Part shown: positions 16,557-24,922 of the stretch, in pieces
Layout: every line of letters starts with the position of its first letter
How positions within the stretch are numbered: the first letter of the stretch is position 1
Assembly (NCBI GenBank): GCA_964583685.1
Contig: CAZOVJ010000001.1
Coordinates: forward strand, 196,033-260,032
Length of the DNA: 64,000 nt
DNA from: an uncultured Gammaproteobacteria bacterium
Lineage (GTDB): Bacteria > Patescibacteriota > Microgenomatia > UBA8517
Reading direction: 5' to 3'
Translations under genes and position numbers: made by a program
The notes under the pieces: generated by a model
Database searches by the model: none
The model's input: only the letters and a program-made list of their open reading frames with translations
What the model was told of the DNA's origin: nothing

Positions 16557-18305
16557 TTAGACTGTTTCCCCTCGATAGGCTAATAGTTTTTCTTCAGTTA
16601 GGCCAGGAATTCCAAGATCCTTGGCTTTTTTTTTCTTGAAAAACCCATGGAGACAGAAGATTTTAACTAAATTAGACTGGTCTTGGCGTACAGTTTGAGA
16701 TTGAATAAACTCAGAAAGAATAAAATCTTCAAGCGGACGAGTAAAGTCTTCTGCTTTCCAGGCTTTAATAATATCTAATAGATCACCAATTGAAAGAGTG
16801 GCTTTCTCCAAACTGGCCCCAATCCCTCGACTGGCATCGGCCCCTTCTCCCATAAAGTCAGTTTTCTCGCCAGTAAAGACATCTTGGACAAGTTTAGCCG
16901 CTTGACAGAAATTTTTTAAATCTTCTAAGTCCGTTTGACGATTACCTATTCTTAAAGCTCCCTGGCGATCAATTAGTCCCGCCAGTAAAATATCATGAGT
17001 CTCATTGAGAGGTAAATATGTGACTTCTGTTTGCCAATAACGGCGTAAAAAGGCAGGGTCAAGTTTTTCACGGAAATATTTGCGGGAGCGGATATTACCA
17101 GTTGCCATGACAATAAAGCCTTTAGGGATTAGAATTTCCTCATCGCCATTTTCTTGAATGGTAATCGTGTCTCCGGGACGACGAGTCAGAAGATCTTGAA
17201 TTCTACCAATAATCGAATGAGGAACAAGATCTATCTCATCAATCAGAAGAGGTATTCCTTCTCGTAAGGCTTTGGTAGCTGGTCCGTCTTCAAAATGACT
17301 CCCATTAGGTCCCAGTTGAGTTTTGCCAAGAAGATCATAATGGGTTGCATCCTCAGAACCTGAGAAGAGCTTAGGATCTGCACCAAAAAGCTTACGGGAA
17401 ACATAGCGCGCAGTTTCGGTCTTGCCTGTTCCTGTGTGTCCCCAAAGTAGGATTGGCTTACCTTGACGGACTCGGGCAGCAAGTTTGTTTACCAGCTCTT
17501 CGATTTGAGGTGTTTCCACAAATCCCTTTTTAAGTTGCCTTCTAAATTTAGTTAGCTCTCGTCGTTTTTCTTCGACTAGGAGTTCAGGGTTTTTTTCGAG
17601 AGTAATTATTCGTGCTTTTGCGGCAGCGATGCGTTTATTGTTTCGAGATAAAAACTCCTCATCAGGCTGAGAAAATCCTTTCTCCTGCCGCCTTAAAATT
17701 AATTCAGCATTTGCCTGACTTAGGCTTTCTACCCTTTTTCGCAAATACTCAATTTCTCTCGCTTTTTGAATAATCCTCACTTTCTTGGCAAATTTTTCCC
17801 GATAACGTTCAACTACCTGAGGGTAGGCAACAAGAGTCTTAATCTGAGTTTGTACTATGGTTAGTCGATCGCTTAATTCATGGACTAGCTCTTCTGGCTT
17901 CTCTCTTATCGCCTGGACAGCTCCTCCCTCAGCAATGGCTGCCAATTCTTCTTCTAAAGAACGTTTCTCCCCTTTTCTTTGTAATCGTTCCTCCTCTCTT
18001 CGTTCTGCCTCTAGATTTGCAATGGCTGCCAATTCTTCTTGTTCAATGGCTGCCAATTCTTTTTCTAAAGTAGGTTTCTCATTTTTTTCTTGTAACCCTT
18101 CCTGCTCTCTTCGTTCTACCACTAAATCTGCTTCTTGATTAAGGAGGGAGTGTAGATGAACCTGTTCCAAGGCTAAATTTGCCAGTTGGTCACAAAACTC
18201 GGCCACCTGTTCATTAGATAGCTTTTCTCTGCTAGGCACAATCTCGGAATGCTCACGGAGAGTTATATCGGCTATATTTAGAGACACAAGCTTTTTTTCA
18301 ATCAT
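16557..18305 (-). CDS. MoxR/AAA_5 ATPase with long N-terminal coiled coil
   Basis: Walker A GHTGTGKT, Walker B LLIDE, ATGN, LDPAFLRR. Confidence 0.9.
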   Translation of the reverse strand: MIEKKLVSLNIADITLREHSEIVPSREKLSNEQVAEFCDQLANLALEQVHLHSLLNQEADLVVERREQEGLQEKNEKPTLEKELAAIEQEELAAIANLEAERREEERLQRKGEKRSLEEELAAIAEGGAVQAIREKPEELVHELSDRLTIVQTQIKTLVAYPQVVERYREKFAKKVRIIQKAREIEYLRKRVESLSQANAELILRRQEKGFSQPDEEFLSRNNKRIAAAKARIITLEKNPELLVEEKRRELTKFRRQLKKGFVETPQIEELVNKLAARVRQGKPILLWGHTGTGKTETARYVSRKLFGADPKLFSGSEDATHYDLLGKTQLGPNGSHFEDGPATKALREGIPLLIDEIDLVPHSIIGRIQDLLTRRPGDTITIQENGDEEILIPKGFIVMATGNIRSRKYFREKLDPAFLRRYWQTEVTYLPLNETHDILLAGLIDRQGALRIGNRQTDLEDLKNFCQAAKLVQDVFTGEKTDFMGEGADASRGIGASLEKATLSIGDLLDIIKAWKAEDFTRPLEDFILSEFIQSQTVRQDQSNLVKIFCLHGFFKKKKAKDLGIPGLTEEKLLAYRGETV

Positions 18306-18447
18306 GATGGCTATTTTAGCTGAAAAAGAAACAAAAACGCAATTTTTTCCCGATGAGTTGTCACAATTGTTGTTAAAATTAACAATTTTTGATAAAATTG
18401 GTTTGAACTATTTTATGGATGGCCGATCAACCCAAGATTTGTTTTTA

Positions 18448-18627
18448 GTGGGTGTAGTACAATGGTAGTACACCTTCCTTCCCCGCCTGCAAGTGCTATG
18501 CGGGATTAGTTGAGTGGTATAACAGCTCCCTTCCAAGGAGCAAACACGGGTTCGATTCCCGTATCCCGCTCAGCTAGCATTGCGGGCAGGCAAGGAGGAT
18601 ATGGCAGTTCGATTCTGCTCACCCGCT
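18448..18627 (+). tRNA. tRNA-Gly (probably TCC) interrupted in the anticodon loop by a 109-nt insert
   Basis: 5' half GTGGGTGTAGTACAATGGTAGTACACCTTCCTTC plus 3' half CAAGGAGGATATGGCAGTTCGATTCTGCTCACCCGCT join into a canonical cloverleaf. Confidence 0.8.
18500..18570 (+). tRNA. tRNA-Gly(TCC), nested inside the interrupted tRNA-Gly
   Basis: GCGGGAT...GCTCC-CTTCCAA-GGAGC...ATCCCGCT complete cloverleaf. Confidence 0.93.
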
Positions 18628-18631
18628 CACC

Positions 18632-18895
18632 ATGACCAGCGCCGACGACATTCAAAAACAACATGACGTTTTAATTCCGGAGAAAGATGAAAGAACTCAG
18701 GAAGAGATAGGTGAAGAATCAGCTCTTGGTTCATCACCGGTTCCAACCTCAGATGATGATACTGGAGAAGTACTTGAAGGTGTAATTGGCAATGAACCGG
18801 AACCTGGAAAGCCGTTTACTATTGCAAAGGAAGTTGAAAAGGACGAAAAGGCACGGAGAGATGTGCCGAAAGGCTTGGACGAAGAGGGCAAGTAG
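18632..18895 (+). CDS. acidic hypothetical protein
   Basis: 87 aa ORF starting 4 nt after the outer tRNA-Gly. Confidence 0.6.
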   Translation: MTSADDIQKQHDVLIPEKDERTQEEIGEESALGSSPVPTSDDDTGEVLEGVIGNEPEPGKPFTIAKEVEKDEKARRDVPKGLDEEGK

Positions 18896-18912
18896 GATAT
18901 AATTAGAGACTT

Positions 18913-18987
18913 GGTGGTTGTAGCTCAATGGCAGAGCGTCCCCCTGTGGAGGGGAAGGCTGCGGGTTCGAATCCCGTCAACCACCCA
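18913..18987 (+). tRNA. tRNA-His(GTG)
   Basis: G-1, TCCCC-CTGTGGA-GGGGA, C73. Confidence 0.95.
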
Positions 18988-19020
18988 TCGTGTTATAATA
19001 TGAATAAATAACTTATTAAT

Positions 19021-19491
19021 ATGGAAGGTGAAAGATTAAGCGACACAGAAAGGAAAAGGAGAGATGGGATAAGACAAGTAACCGGGTTAATTAATGATGC
19101 TGAAGTTGTTTCAAGATTAGTGCGTAGTAGGTCTGATAAATTAGATTTTATTGGACGAACTGGTACAGGATCTGGTTCATACGCACGTCGAGGAATATTA
19201 CTTGCTAAAGTTCCTGAACGAAGCGGACGTAGAGATGGGATAAATTTGGTGGTCACAGAGAACGGTGTTAGGCAGATTATAATCGGTTCTGATTGGGCTA
19301 GCGGCTCTACTGTTGTACATTTCCCAGATGATATAGTTCCTGATAGACTATTCGAGCAAGGAGAGTGTCTCGGAGATGTTAGCGCTGAAGATTTTCGGAA
19401 TAATGTAGTAAATAAATTGAGTAAATTTTCTGAAGAGGGTGGGGATGAGTTACAAAATGTTATGGAACAATTAAGAGATTTGAAAATATAG
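19021..19491 (+). CDS. hypothetical protein (cassette)
   Basis: 156 aa ORF with upstream TATAAT. Confidence 0.6.
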   Translation: MEGERLSDTERKRRDGIRQVTGLINDAEVVSRLVRSRSDKLDFIGRTGTGSGSYARRGILLAKVPERSGRRDGINLVVTENGVRQIIIGSDWASGSTVVHFPDDIVPDRLFEQGECLGDVSAEDFRNNVVNKLSKFSEEGGDELQNVMEQLRDLKI

Positions 19492-19781
19492 GTGAACTTT
19501 GTAAATTTGATTTTCTGCGGGTAAGGAGGAATACGATAGGTTTAGGTGAATCGTTGGCAATACCAATTATATTAGTATTGATCGGAGGGGCAATTTACTT
19601 AACCATAAAGGCTGGGAGACCGAATAAAACAGGTTAAGTAGAAAAGAACATAACCCCTATTAGAAAACACGTCTTGACTGAGCAAGTAAAAATCATAATT
19701 CAAGCAAGCCAAGGCGCTTTTTTATTGGAGAAAATAATTAGCTAAAAACAATTTTTCCTTATCTCCAGAAGTTATGAAATA

Positions 19782-19809
19782 AGTTCTAACGTCGTTCGGT
19801 AAGTCACCC
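19782..19809 (+). repeat. att-like repeat family A (His-type), copy 1
   Basis: AGTTCTAACGTCGTTCGGTAAGTCACCC; identical at 20418, variants at 22409 and 21782. Confidence 0.85.
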
Positions 19810-19844
19810 ACAGAATATCCGTATTATTGGGTTTTCTTAGATAT

Positions 19845-19877
19845 AGTTCCCGACAAAGTTTACTAATCCCTGCAATT
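19845..19877 (+). repeat. att-like repeat family B (Trp-type)
   Basis: AGTTCCCGACAAAGTTTACTAATCCCTGCAATT. Confidence 0.85.
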
Positions 19878-20224
19878 CAGCCAAATAACTTTCTTAATAT
19901 CTTTTTAGTCCTAGTTCCTGCTCTCCAACCACGTCCAATATCAGAACCCAAATTTCCCAATTGTTCATCATCCATACGACGAATATCTCCAATTGTCACC
20001 TCTTCATGACTGCCAGGTAGCCAGTTGCAACCTCCTAAAATTCTTATAATAGCTGCTCTTTGTCCCTTTGTTAAATTTGCTTTCTCGAGTGTATTTGTAA
20101 ACTCTTCGTTATTACTTACAGATATAAGTGAAGTTTCTTCAGGAAGATTAACTCGAGGAATTCTACTCACATAATCTCTTGTACCACCAAGTGTTTCTAT
20201 AAGTCTTTCCCTTATTGTTGGCAT
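19877..20224 (-). CDS. hypothetical protein (cassette)
   Basis: 115 aa ORF bounded by two B repeats. Confidence 0.6.
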   Translation of the reverse strand: MPTIRERLIETLGGTRDYVSRIPRVNLPEETSLISVSNNEEFTNTLEKANLTKGQRAAIIRILGGCNWLPGSHEEVTIGDIRRMDDEQLGNLGSDIGRGWRAGTRTKKILRKLFG

Positions 20225-20301
20225 TTAATCACCCCATAAGAGCAGGTATAATCAAGCACATTATAATTGAGCGTAAGTAAATTTACAAATTCCATGGCAA
20301 T

Positions 20302-20331
20302 AGTTTTTCTGACAAAGTTTACTAGACCTTG
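20302..20331 (+). repeat. att-like repeat family B
   Basis: AGTTTTTCTGACAAAGTTTACTAGACCTTG. Confidence 0.8.
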
Positions 20332-20417
20332 TTTGCAACACGCATTGAATTACTTCTGAAATTTTCAAGAAGGAGTAGTTTCTTTAATATCTCGTAGCCT
20401 CCAGACGCCTTGTAATG

Positions 20418-20445
20418 AGTTCTAACGTCGTTCGGTAAGTCACCC
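20418..20445 (+). repeat. att-like repeat family A, copy 2
   Basis: identical 28-mer to 19782. Confidence 0.85.
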
Positions 20446-20514
20446 CAACCGGACATAATTGAAGATACTTCATTATGCCCCATATTGTTGCGGTGTTTTG
20501 GGTTCGAGCCGATA

Positions 20515-20931
20515 TTAATCCCAAAAATAAAACTTTCTAGTGAATATTATTCTGTCTACAAAAGCAGCAAGTAATACTCCCAGTCCATACATTACATAAT
20601 CTATAGGGTCAAACACTCTTGCTAATGCATAAATACCAAAGTATTGTAAGGTTTCAGAAGTAGCAGTTAGAGCAAATATTGCTGCGGATTTCTTCCACAA
20701 AGTATTCAAATATCTACTCTTATTGCCCTTAATTGATAGCAAGAAATAAAACCCAAAAGGGAGGAATATATCGGCAAAGTAACTATGGAAAAGGATGTAA
20801 ACAGAACGACTTGCCCACCCTGCTCCAATAATAAAAAATGAAGCGATAATTAATTCTAAAACCACAACAAGAACAACTCTTTTATTTTGCTTATTCACGA
20901 GATAATTATAGCAAGATGCTATTTTTGACAT
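20515..20931 (-). CDS. multi-pass membrane protein (DUF2809/VanZ-like)
   Basis: 4 TM segments; E-LQ and FDPID motifs. Confidence 0.65.
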   Translation of the reverse strand: MSKIASCYNYLVNKQNKRVVLVVVLELIIASFFIIGAGWASRSVYILFHSYFADIFLPFGFYFLLSIKGNKSRYLNTLWKKSAAIFALTATSETLQYFGIYALARVFDPIDYVMYGLGVLLAAFVDRIIFTRKFYFWD

Positions 20932-20955
20932 GTGATATGCGTAGATAATACGAAG

Positions 20956-21720
20956 CTACTCCTCAATCAATCCAGTACATCGCCAGTTGATTTCTGCGCT
21001 TTCATCTTCAGAAACTACACACGCTGGATTACATCCCGGTTTATCAATATCAAGATCTATCCACCAAGTTTTTGTGCTTTCGTTATAGATAGCAATATCT
21101 TTCAAGATGCCATTGCTGACACATTCGCTCGTTTCTGCGATTGACCTCGCTTTCTTTTCAGACATTGGGGTAGACTCAGAAACAACTAGTTCTTCAGATA
21201 ATGTGGAACAAATAAATCCAAGATCTCTACTTTCTTTTCTTGAATCATCACGAAGATATAATTCACACCCAATGTTGCCGAGCCTTAAAATACTTCTTTG
21301 TGTCCCCACCGGCCCACTTCCGACATTATACATATCATGCTCAAAACCTAACTCTCTTAAATAGATTTGGATTTCGCCGTGTTTATTTTTGAGTTCCATT
21401 TCATTGGTACCCAATCTTTCACCTATTATGTAGCCTTTAGCATCTAGTTTCAGCGTATCATTTTCTGTATTCCAAAGAATTGTGGCTCTAGAGTATTGAC
21501 TTCCCTGCCAATCAACAATTTTGTCTACACCATATAAAACAGTATCAATAGTGATTTCACCCTTATTTACTGGGGTTTCAGCATCTTTTTCCAAGCCCAC
21601 TTCCTGAGGAGTAGGAGTAGGTAAAGCTGTTTTATTCTCTTCAGAAGAACTTCTAATTGCTAGAAATGCTCCTCCTGCAATGATAACCAAGGCTATTCCT
21701 ATCAGCAAAGGCTTTTTCAT
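20956..21720 (-). CDS. secreted/membrane-anchored Cys-containing protein
   Basis: N-terminal TM, PTPTP linker, C-terminal GCNPACVV...EINWRCTG. Confidence 0.7.
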   Translation of the reverse strand: MKKPLLIGIALVIIAGGAFLAIRSSSEENKTALPTPTPQEVGLEKDAETPVNKGEITIDTVLYGVDKIVDWQGSQYSRATILWNTENDTLKLDAKGYIIGERLGTNEMELKNKHGEIQIYLRELGFEHDMYNVGSGPVGTQRSILRLGNIGCELYLRDDSRKESRDLGFICSTLSEELVVSESTPMSEKKARSIAETSECVSNGILKDIAIYNESTKTWWIDLDIDKPGCNPACVVSEDESAEINWRCTGLIEE

Positions 21721-21781
21721 AATTGTCCAGATGCATTATAACACTTAAAAATTCTTTTTCTTTACTTTCTTGAAGGTAATA

Positions 21782-21809
21782 GGTTCGAACATCGTCTACT
21801 AGTCCACCC
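21782..21809 (+). repeat. att-like repeat family A, diverged copy
   Basis: GGTTCGAACATCGTCTACTAGTCCACCC; same GTTC-18-CACCC spacing. Confidence 0.65.
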
Positions 21810-21821
21810 TCAAGCGTACAT

Positions 21822-21919
21822 AAACTGTTCTTTATACCCCGGATAAGCTTCTTGAAGTTTTATGAACAAGGCTAAATGTGGTTCAAAAGAAAAGTCGTTA
21901 TCCACCTATGGTATTTGAT
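21822..21919 (-). pseudogene. about 98-bp gene-tail remnant, copy 1 (possible recombinase C-terminus)
   Basis: closely matches 22986-23084; abuts an att-like site. Confidence 0.5.
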
Positions 21920-21996
21920 AGGCTTAATTATGTTCACCAAAGCTGTTTATGCAGGTTTATAATTATCTGCATTTATTCTGATATAATATTTTCACA

Positions 21997-22320
21997 ATGT
22001 CGCCAGAGAACGATGAAATTGAAGGAATAATTCCAGAAGCAGAAGAGTTTGTTAATGAGGTAAATCAAAGAAAAGATTTAGAAAATGATCCTATTTTTTC
22101 AGAACAGGAAGGTGGGGAGTATGGTCATGCTGTTCGTGGTCTTGCCCATTCAGCCATGCTATGTGCACTTAACCGGCATTCACCAGAATATCAGAGAAAT
22201 ATGTTAAAACAAAGAGTACAGGAAATTGTAACAAAGTTTGGCCCAAATATTATTCCCCTACTTCGTGATGAATTGAAGCTTGCACTATCTGAAGATGATC
22301 TGACACCAAAGGATACCTAG
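21997..22320 (+). CDS. hypothetical protein (cassette)
   Basis: 107 aa ORF, TATAAT just upstream. Confidence 0.6.
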   Translation: MSPENDEIEGIIPEAEEFVNEVNQRKDLENDPIFSEQEGGEYGHAVRGLAHSAMLCALNRHSPEYQRNMLKQRVQEIVTKFGPNIIPLLRDELKLALSEDDLTPKDT

Positions 22321-22408
22321 ATCATTACATCACAAAGTTTAGTAGTTAATAATTGAAAAGATATTTTGATAACAAGATATGTTCCTTCTCCCCTGAAGTA
22401 ATGTAATG

Positions 22409-22436
22409 AGTTCTAACGTCGTTCGGTAGACCACCC
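22409..22436 (+). repeat. att-like repeat family A, copy 3
   Basis: AGTTCTAACGTCGTTCGGTAGACCACCC. Confidence 0.85.
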
Positions 22437-22603
22437 CAGATTTTTAGCCTCGGAAATTATATAAAAGTATAGCAACCCTCTACCGGATTATAAACTTGTG
22501 TCGCCTGTTTGGTAAATGCTCTGTTACACTACTCACCTGAAAGGGTATAATACTAAGACGGAAAGGAGGTGCATACAGATTTAAGCTATAAATCTATAAT
22601 AAT

Positions 22604-22804
22604 ATGAACGGAAAAGTAAAAACAAAAACAGACAAAGGATTTGGATTCATTTCTCGAGAAGGAGAAGAAAAGGATCTTTTTTTCCACTCTAATGATTTGG
22701 AGGGTGTTTCTTTTGATGAACTTCAAGAAGGAGCAGAAGTTACGTTTGATGTAGAACAGGGCGAAAAAGGCCCAAGTGCAAAAAAGGTAAAACTTGCGAA
22801 ATAA
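22604..22804 (+). CDS. csp: cold-shock domain protein
   Basis: KGFGFI (RNP1), DLFFH (RNP2), GEKGPSA. Confidence 0.93.
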   Translation: MNGKVKTKTDKGFGFISREGEEKDLFFHSNDLEGVSFDELQEGAEVTFDVEQGEKGPSAKKVKLAK

Positions 22805-22985
22805 CATTCTTACAAAATAAAGGGTTCCAACAAGGTACAAATAAATTCACGCTGGAGAGAGGTGGGTTATTGTTTTAGTTAGAACGATCCCAAAACATAC
22901 GCTCTCCTTCAGGAATATTGTAAATACTGAATGAAATCGAAGAACTCAGAATTTACAATTAACTAGCCCTTACTCAAACACAAGC

Positions 22986-23084
22986 AAACTGCTCTTTATA
23001 CTCAGGATATGCCTCTTGGAGTTTCATGAACAAGGCTAAATGTGGTTCAAAAGAAAAGTTGTTATCCACCCATAGTATTTTGAT
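22986..23084 (-). pseudogene. gene-tail remnant, copy 2
   Basis: minus strand reads IKILWVDNNFSFEPHLALFMKLQEAYPEYKEQFACV*; next to a partial B core at 22961. Confidence 0.5.
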
Positions 23085-23114
23085 GTTAAAGAAACAATTA
23101 ACCTCGTTTCTTTA

Positions 23115-23140
23115 GAGGTTCGATTCCCTCCGCCCCTGCA
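23115..23140 (+). other. orphan 3' fragment of a tRNA-Trp-like gene (T-arm plus acceptor strand)
   Basis: GAGGTTCGATTCCCTCCGCCCCTGCA resembles the bacterial tRNA-Trp 3' end; no 5' half upstream. Confidence 0.65.
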
Positions 23141-23148
23141 ATTTAGCC

Positions 23149-23775
23149 TCAAGAAGCCCCAAGAGTATATTCTTTATATGGTTTATGGTTTTTCCACAAC
23201 CATATTGAAGCGACTGGTAATTTTTTGTTAGTCAATTTATCTTTTTCTATCACCTTCCAGGCTTTTTCAATATTTGCTGGACTAACATCATTATAAACAA
23301 GAGTGAAGTGTAATACATCCCTTTTTTCTTTATGTATTGGCGAAAACTCCCCCAGCCTCTCTTTAATTCTCAAAACAAGATTGTCGGCTTCATTGTTTTG
23401 GGCAAATGCAACAAAAATAGTAAAATCCTCTCCATAATCCCCCAACCTGGTTGAATTTAACACAAACGGCTTTGTAGCAGATGCAATTTCTTCCATTCGC
23501 TGTAGCACTTTCATTTCATCTCTCTCTTCTATCATTATTTTTTGTCCAAGTGCTATGTGTGGAAAGATCTCTGTTTCAACAGTCTCTCCGTCTCCTGGTA
23601 TAAAAAGTTTTCGTGGGTTCATTTGCTCTCTCACTCTCAAAACACGGTACACCACTTTATCTGTTTCTTTTCCATAAACCTCCTTAGCAAGCAGAGAGAG
23701 TTGCTCTTTTAGAGAATCTTCCATTTCACCAGAAAGGTGAATCTCTACACGATATTCAATTTCTTTTCCAGACAT
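23149..23775 (-). CDS. 2H phosphoesterase / 2'-5' RNA ligase-like protein
   Basis: two HxT/A-like motifs PHIAL and LHFTL. Confidence 0.65.
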   Translation of the reverse strand: MSGKEIEYRVEIHLSGEMEDSLKEQLSLLAKEVYGKETDKVVYRVLRVREQMNPRKLFIPGDGETVETEIFPHIALGQKIMIEERDEMKVLQRMEEIASATKPFVLNSTRLGDYGEDFTIFVAFAQNNEADNLVLRIKERLGEFSPIHKEKRDVLHFTLVYNDVSPANIEKAWKVIEKDKLTNKKLPVASIWLWKNHKPYKEYTLGAS

Positions 23776-23817
23776 AGTTATATTTTACATTAACCTGTGG
23801 ATATTCGTATCTGAAGT

Positions 23818-23846
23818 AGTTCCTGACAAAGTTCACCAGCCCTTAC
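23818..23846 (+). repeat. att-like repeat family B
   Basis: AGTTCCTGACAAAGTTCACCAGCCCTTAC. Confidence 0.85.
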
Positions 23847-23863
23847 TACACAGCTTTGAAGTG

Positions 23864-24226
23864 TTAATTTTTTATCTGAATCGTTTTTAATTTTTCAGTC
23901 TTCTCATTCTTTCTTTTAAATATCAAAAAATCTGGCTTGACTACTAAATTGGGTTTTTCAAAGGGTTTTCCGCTAATAGTTTTTACTTTCCCTTGTATCT
24001 GTAATGTTCCCTCTTTTGTTTGGCTATCAATAACTAAGCAAACGATTGAATTTTTCAACACATTTTTATACTTAAGCGACATTGGGTGCGTAGAAATGTA
24101 GATGTTCATTTCATCATCTGATGTATAGTTAACAGTAGCAGCCCAAGGTTTTTCGTCCTTACAAGTAGCAATTACACAATATTTATGAGTTTTTATCCAA
24201 TCTTTAATAAACGCTCTATCTTGCAT
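23864..24226 (-). CDS. pyridoxamine 5'-phosphate oxidase-like FMN-binding protein
   Basis: VIAT...PWAATV.Y, S.KYKN, LQIQG. Confidence 0.8.
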   Translation of the reverse strand: MQDRAFIKDWIKTHKYCVIATCKDEKPWAATVNYTSDDEMNIYISTHPMSLKYKNVLKNSIVCLVIDSQTKEGTLQIQGKVKTISGKPFEKPNLVVKPDFLIFKRKNEKTEKLKTIQIKN

Positions 24227-24369
24227 ATCTAAATTCTACATCAGAAGTACAATTGTAGTAAAAGAAGTTTCATAAAGCCCACTTAGCCCTTGGTTAAAAC
24301 ATAGGCCAGTTGAGGATTTAGGAATTCTTGGATTCTAATAACCTCCGAAGAGCCTATTTCGTGCCAGAA

Positions 24370-24410
24370 AGTTCGTAGTGTGACCACTAAGGCCTGCAAA
24401 TCAGCTTCAG
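24370..24410 (+). repeat. att-like repeat family B, diverged left arm
   Basis: GTTC-18nt-CCTGCAAATCAGCTTCAG; right arm matches the 26919 and 27649 copies. Confidence 0.65.
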
Positions 24411-24427
24411 ATGATATAATTGACACT

Positions 24428-24892
24428 ATGTACTCTGTTGGAGTTTTTGCGATTATTCTGAACGAGAAACAACAAATCCTGCTCTCTCACAGAAAAGATA
24501 TGGATGTTTGGAATCTGCCTGGAGGAGGAATGGAACCTGGCGAAGCACCACAAGGTGCACTAAAAAGAGAAATAAAAGAAGAAACAGGATTGGAGGTTAT
24601 TATTAAACATCTAGTAGCCTTAAACCCAAAACCACAAAAAAGTGAGTTAGTTTTAACGTTCGAATGTAAAGTTACACGAGGAAAAATCAAAGAAACAGAC
24701 GAGGCTGATAAACACGAATGGTTCAATTTAGACAACTTGCCACTAAATACCGTCCCCAAACAGGTGGAGAGAATATATCACTTTTTCAAAATGCCCGGAG
24801 AAGTATTTCTAGATGTTCAAAATCAGCCGAGCACTAAGGTGTTACTAGCAGAAGGGAAATTAGAAAAATTTAATAAGAAATTACTTAAATAA
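24428..24892 (+). CDS. NUDIX hydrolase
   Basis: PGGGMEPGE...ALKREIKEETG Nudix box. Confidence 0.9.
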   Translation: MYSVGVFAIILNEKQQILLSHRKDMDVWNLPGGGMEPGEAPQGALKREIKEETGLEVIIKHLVALNPKPQKSELVLTFECKVTRGKIKETDEADKHEWFNLDNLPLNTVPKQVERIYHFFKMPGEVFLDVQNQPSTKVLLAEGKLEKFNKKLLK

Positions 24893-24893
24893 A

Positions 24894-24922
24894 AGTTCCT
24901 GACAAAGTTTACTAGCCCCTGC
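24894..24922 (+). repeat. att-like repeat family B
   Basis: AGTTCCTGACAAAGTTTACTAGCCCCTGC; contains the stop codon of the adjacent minus-strand gene. Confidence 0.85.

Larger units (their letters stand above)
11428..18430. mobile_element. putative integrated island at the tRNA-Pro 3' end carrying the MoxR/vWA/CLec module
   Basis: tRNA end GGTTC-13nt-CCGACCAA is echoed at 18400-18430 as GGTTT-18nt-CCGATCAA. Confidence 0.55.

Noticed and set aside
11432-18430. A complete diversity-generating retroelement
   Set aside because: No reverse transcriptase, Avd or AAC-rich template repeat seen; variable tips also differ by indels
18482-18590. Group I intron in tRNA-Gly
   Set aside because: Only 109 nt, fully explained by a stem plus a tRNA; no catalytic core elements recognisable
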